From positions 97,228 through 161,227 of IMG/VR virus record IMGVR_UViG_3300045450_000131: a DNA stretch of 64,000 nucleotides. The stretch is one strand, 5' to 3'. Below, one piece after another: positions 62,027 through 64,000 of the stretch (position 1 is its first letter; each line of letters opens with the position of its first letter). The position numbers were made by a program, and so were the translations under genes. The notes under the pieces were generated by a model that had not been told where the DNA came from, ran no database searches, and worked only from the letters and a program-made list of their open reading frames with translations. The stretch comes from a virus. Taxonomy: Duplodnaviria > Heunggongvirae > Uroviricota > Caudoviricetes.

Positions 62027-62911
62027 TTATTTATCAAGGCCTGCGAGGCGTCTAAAGTTCATTAACTGTTCGTTAACTGGCTTCTTAACTTCTGCGGCGG
62101 CTTCATTTCCGGTGACGACTGTAGTATTGTCTTCAGTTTTAGCTTCATTGATAGTGGTAGTAGCTGCTGGTGCTGCTGCTTCTTCCTTCATGATGCGACC
62201 GATGAAATACTTGTAACTCTCGTCGAGGCGGGCAGTGTCAACGGTCTTTAATACCATCGCCATTTGTTCACGCTTTGCGCCGGTTAGCGGGGATAGAACT
62301 TTTTCCATCTTCGCTTCACGGATCATCTTGTTGCGCTCTTCTTCTAGAGCTGCTAGTTGCTGTTCTGCGTCGGCTAGCTTACCTTCTGCAACAACTAACT
62401 TAGATTGGACTGCGTCTTCGTCAACATATGATGTAGAATATGTATTGACAAACGCTTCAAAGATCTTACGGCCAAAGTCATTTTGCTTAACAATGTCTAG
62501 GTCTTCCTTGAGTTCGTCCATTTCTTGGGTTAGACGCATCTCAAAGAAAGCATCGATCTTGTCAACTAGTGAATCTAGTTCAGCAGCGACTTCTTCAGCA
62601 AGCTTTGACTTTTCTTCTACTAGCTTCTCTGCTAATTCGACTTCTAGGTCACGGAAACGCTCTACGTCGCCAACGAATTCGCCGACTTCCTTCTTTAGAG
62701 CTTCCTCAACGAACACATCAACCTTATTGATTAGCTCGTCGCGTTCTGTGATCCACTGTTCTGCGAGTTCAGCGCGAACGTTGCCTTCAACTTCTTCTCT
62801 GACCTGTGTTTTGAATGCTTCAACTGAAGTATTCCACTGTTCAGAGATTTCAGCTCTTGACTCTTCGCTGAGTAGCTCGGATTGAAGAAGCTTATTTAGA
62901 ATCTCATCCAT
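62027..62911 (-). CDS. gp22: Prohead core scaffolding protein, gp22-like
   Basis: Acidic coiled coil directly upstream of gp23; LSEE...I, K.D.Y/F and FG..IFEAF motifs. Confidence 0.85.
   Translation of the reverse strand: MDEILNKLLQSELLSEESRAEISEQWNTSVEAFKTQVREEVEGNVRAELAEQWITERDELINKVDVFVEEALKKEVGEFVGDVERFRDLEVELAEKLVEEKSKLAEEVAAELDSLVDKIDAFFEMRLTQEMDELKEDLDIVKQNDFGRKIFEAFVNTYSTSYVDEDAVQSKLVVAEGKLADAEQQLAALEEERNKMIREAKMEKVLSPLTGAKREQMAMVLKTVDTARLDESYKYFIGRIMKEEAAAPAATTTINEAKTEDNTTVVTGNEAAAEVKKPVNEQLMNFRRLAGLDK
62028..62035 (-). promoter_or_regulatory. Late promoter-like GATAAATA for gp23
   Basis: Overlaps the gp22 stop, about 22 nt upstream of the gp23 ATG. Confidence 0.6.
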
Positions 62912-63035
62912 TGCTTTTCTCCTATGTGGGGTTGATGGGAATTGAGAAAGTCAGAATGAACTTTCCCGCTAGAATTTTGCATTACATTAAATTACGTTAA
63001 TGTTTAAGCGCATAATTCTATATAATGAAATGCGG

Positions 63036-63073
63036 AAAAAAGCGCTGAAAAACTATGCATTTTCAGCGCTTTT
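63036..63073. terminator. Long hairpin / terminator
   Basis: AAAAGCGCTGAAAA...TTTTCAGCGCTTTT. Confidence 0.65.
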
Positions 63074-63081
63074 AATATAAA

Positions 63082-63249
63082 TTACTCTTGGTCGTCAGTT
63101 TGAACTTCTTGTTCTTGACGTTGGCCTAGTCCAGTTACTTCACGGGTCTTGTTAACAAAATACTCATGCATCGTGACTGATGCTTGTTCTTCTCGGCCGT
63201 TAATGAAGTCTTGTAGCATGGATTTTAGTAGCTCTGCGTTGGTTGCCAT
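63082..63249 (-). CDS. Small acidic protein, possible prohead core component, 55 aa
   Basis: Hand translation MATNAELLKSMLQDFINGREEQASVTMHEYFVNKTREV...; GGAG SD; CATAAATA at 63279-63286. Confidence 0.65.
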   Translation of the reverse strand: MATNAELLKSMLQDFINGREEQASVTMHEYFVNKTREVTGLGQRQEQEVQTDDQE

Positions 63250-63312
63250 CTGAAATCTCCTTAATTTGGTTAGTGAAATATTTATGATTGGATTTTATAG
63301 ATCTAACCTGAA

Positions 63313-63708
63313 TTAGGAAATATCTGAAAACTTTACCCAATCTTCCTTATCGTCAAACTTGATAAGGGCGCTTTCACCCTTGACTTCTTGAACGACTCCG
63401 CTCTTATCTTTAACAGTTACCTTGTCACCTGATTTAACAGACTTGACTTCTAGTAGTTGTAAAATTGCAGCGCGAAGATTTACTGTGCTCTGCGAACCTT
63501 CTGTAATTCCTAGTTCCTTGCCGCTATCGTAGGCCTTCTGCAAAGCTTCTTGAATTTCCTTCATGCGAGTAAGGTCTTCAAATTGGCTTGCTAGTTCTTC
63601 AACTAGAGTTTTAGGTGTTGTAGTTTGTGCTGTCTCAACACTTTCGTTAATTTTGTTTTCAAACTTTTCTGGCAAACCAGCAAGTCTGCGTGCATCATTT
63701 AAATTCAT
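63313..63708 (-). CDS. Putative head-associated protein with RRLAGL motif
   Basis: Start at MNLNDARRLAGL (63708) behind GGAGG; INE motif resembling a prohead-protease site. Confidence 0.65.
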   Translation of the reverse strand: MNLNDARRLAGLPEKFENKINESVETAQTTTPKTLVEELASQFEDLTRMKEIQEALQKAYDSGKELGITEGSQSTVNLRAAILQLLEVKSVKSGDKVTVKDKSGVVQEVKGESALIKFDDKEDWVKFSDIS

Positions 63709-64000
63709 GAAATTTTCCTCCACATACGCGCGTATGATTTAGCTTGGGTCGTATCAATGAGATAGTCGTATGTTTCGTCTTCGCCTTCGTCATAGAATGA
63801 AACAATACATACCGCCTCTTTTGGCTTGTTAGCAAATGAGACTAGAGGGCCTTTTGGTCTTCCATCCACATCATAGATTTCGTCACCTTGATAGTACTTG
63901 ATTTTTTCGCCTAATGCCTGCTCAGCTTTCTTAAGCTGAGCGCGCGAAATTGGATTTTCATCAAGCTCTTTCCAGCTATTCGGCTTTTCAACAAAGTCAA
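63705..64000 (-). CDS. Partial hypothetical protein, 5' end outside the window
   Basis: Open frame ...DFVEKPNSWKELDE...AKSYARMWRKIS ending in an ATGA overlap. Confidence 0.6.
   Translation of the reverse strand, partial: DFVEKPNSWKELDENPISRAQLKKAEQALGEKIKYYQGDEIYDVDGRPKGPLVSFANKPKEAVCIVSFYDEGEDETYDYLIDTTQAKSYARMWRKIS

Noticed and set aside
905-62885. Many plus-strand ORFs of 60-216 aa in the track that lie antisense to long minus-strand genes (for example 3708, 14342, 16782, 18898, 38140, 62235)
   Set aside because: They overlap well-supported genes completely, lack SD or promoter context, and read as Ser/Leu-rich antisense shadows.
1-64000. tRNA, rRNA or riboswitch genes
   Set aside because: No cloverleaf with T-loop GTTCRA and D-loop context was recognised in the short intergenic gaps. 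A tRNAscan-SE or Infernal run would be needed to exclude them fully.

Overview
A 64-kb segment of a large lytic T4-like (jumbo-type) myophage genome, coded almost entirely on the minus strand. No tRNA, rRNA, CRISPR array, intron or intein was recognised. Modules from left to right: a partial fibre-like gene; an Acb1-like 2H phosphoesterase; glutaredoxin, nrdB and nrdA; a GH108 endolysin; uvsW, uvsY-like, uvsX and gp32; an HD-domain/kinase fusion; small early genes including an acyl-carrier-like protein; four fibre/receptor-binding proteins; the large terminase with a degenerate ATPase-only paralog; the gp4, gp19, gp18, gp15, gp14 and gp13 tail/neck block; an early accessory region (DEDD exonuclease, DenV, MazG-like, HNH, protein kinase); gp23, gp22 and upstream core genes. 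The standout feature is a family of nine divergent paralogs interleaved with the neck, tail and packaging genes. All nine keep an R-G ... F-C-[ST] ... A-x-x-[YF]-G ... E motif set (the middle motifs vary) resembling R-S-E-class ADP-ribosyltransferases. Most begin with M-[IK]-[TS]-F-[KR]-[QE]-F-[LI]-x-(x)-E, which closely resembles the T4 capsid-targeting sequence MKTYQEFIAE. That tag, or a second M-[KL]-[LIV]-x-E-L-x-E tag, also heads two kinases, the Acb1 homologue and several unknown proteins. This suggests a tagged, virion-packaged and injected effector arsenal. All product calls come from motif recognition by eye; no database search was run.
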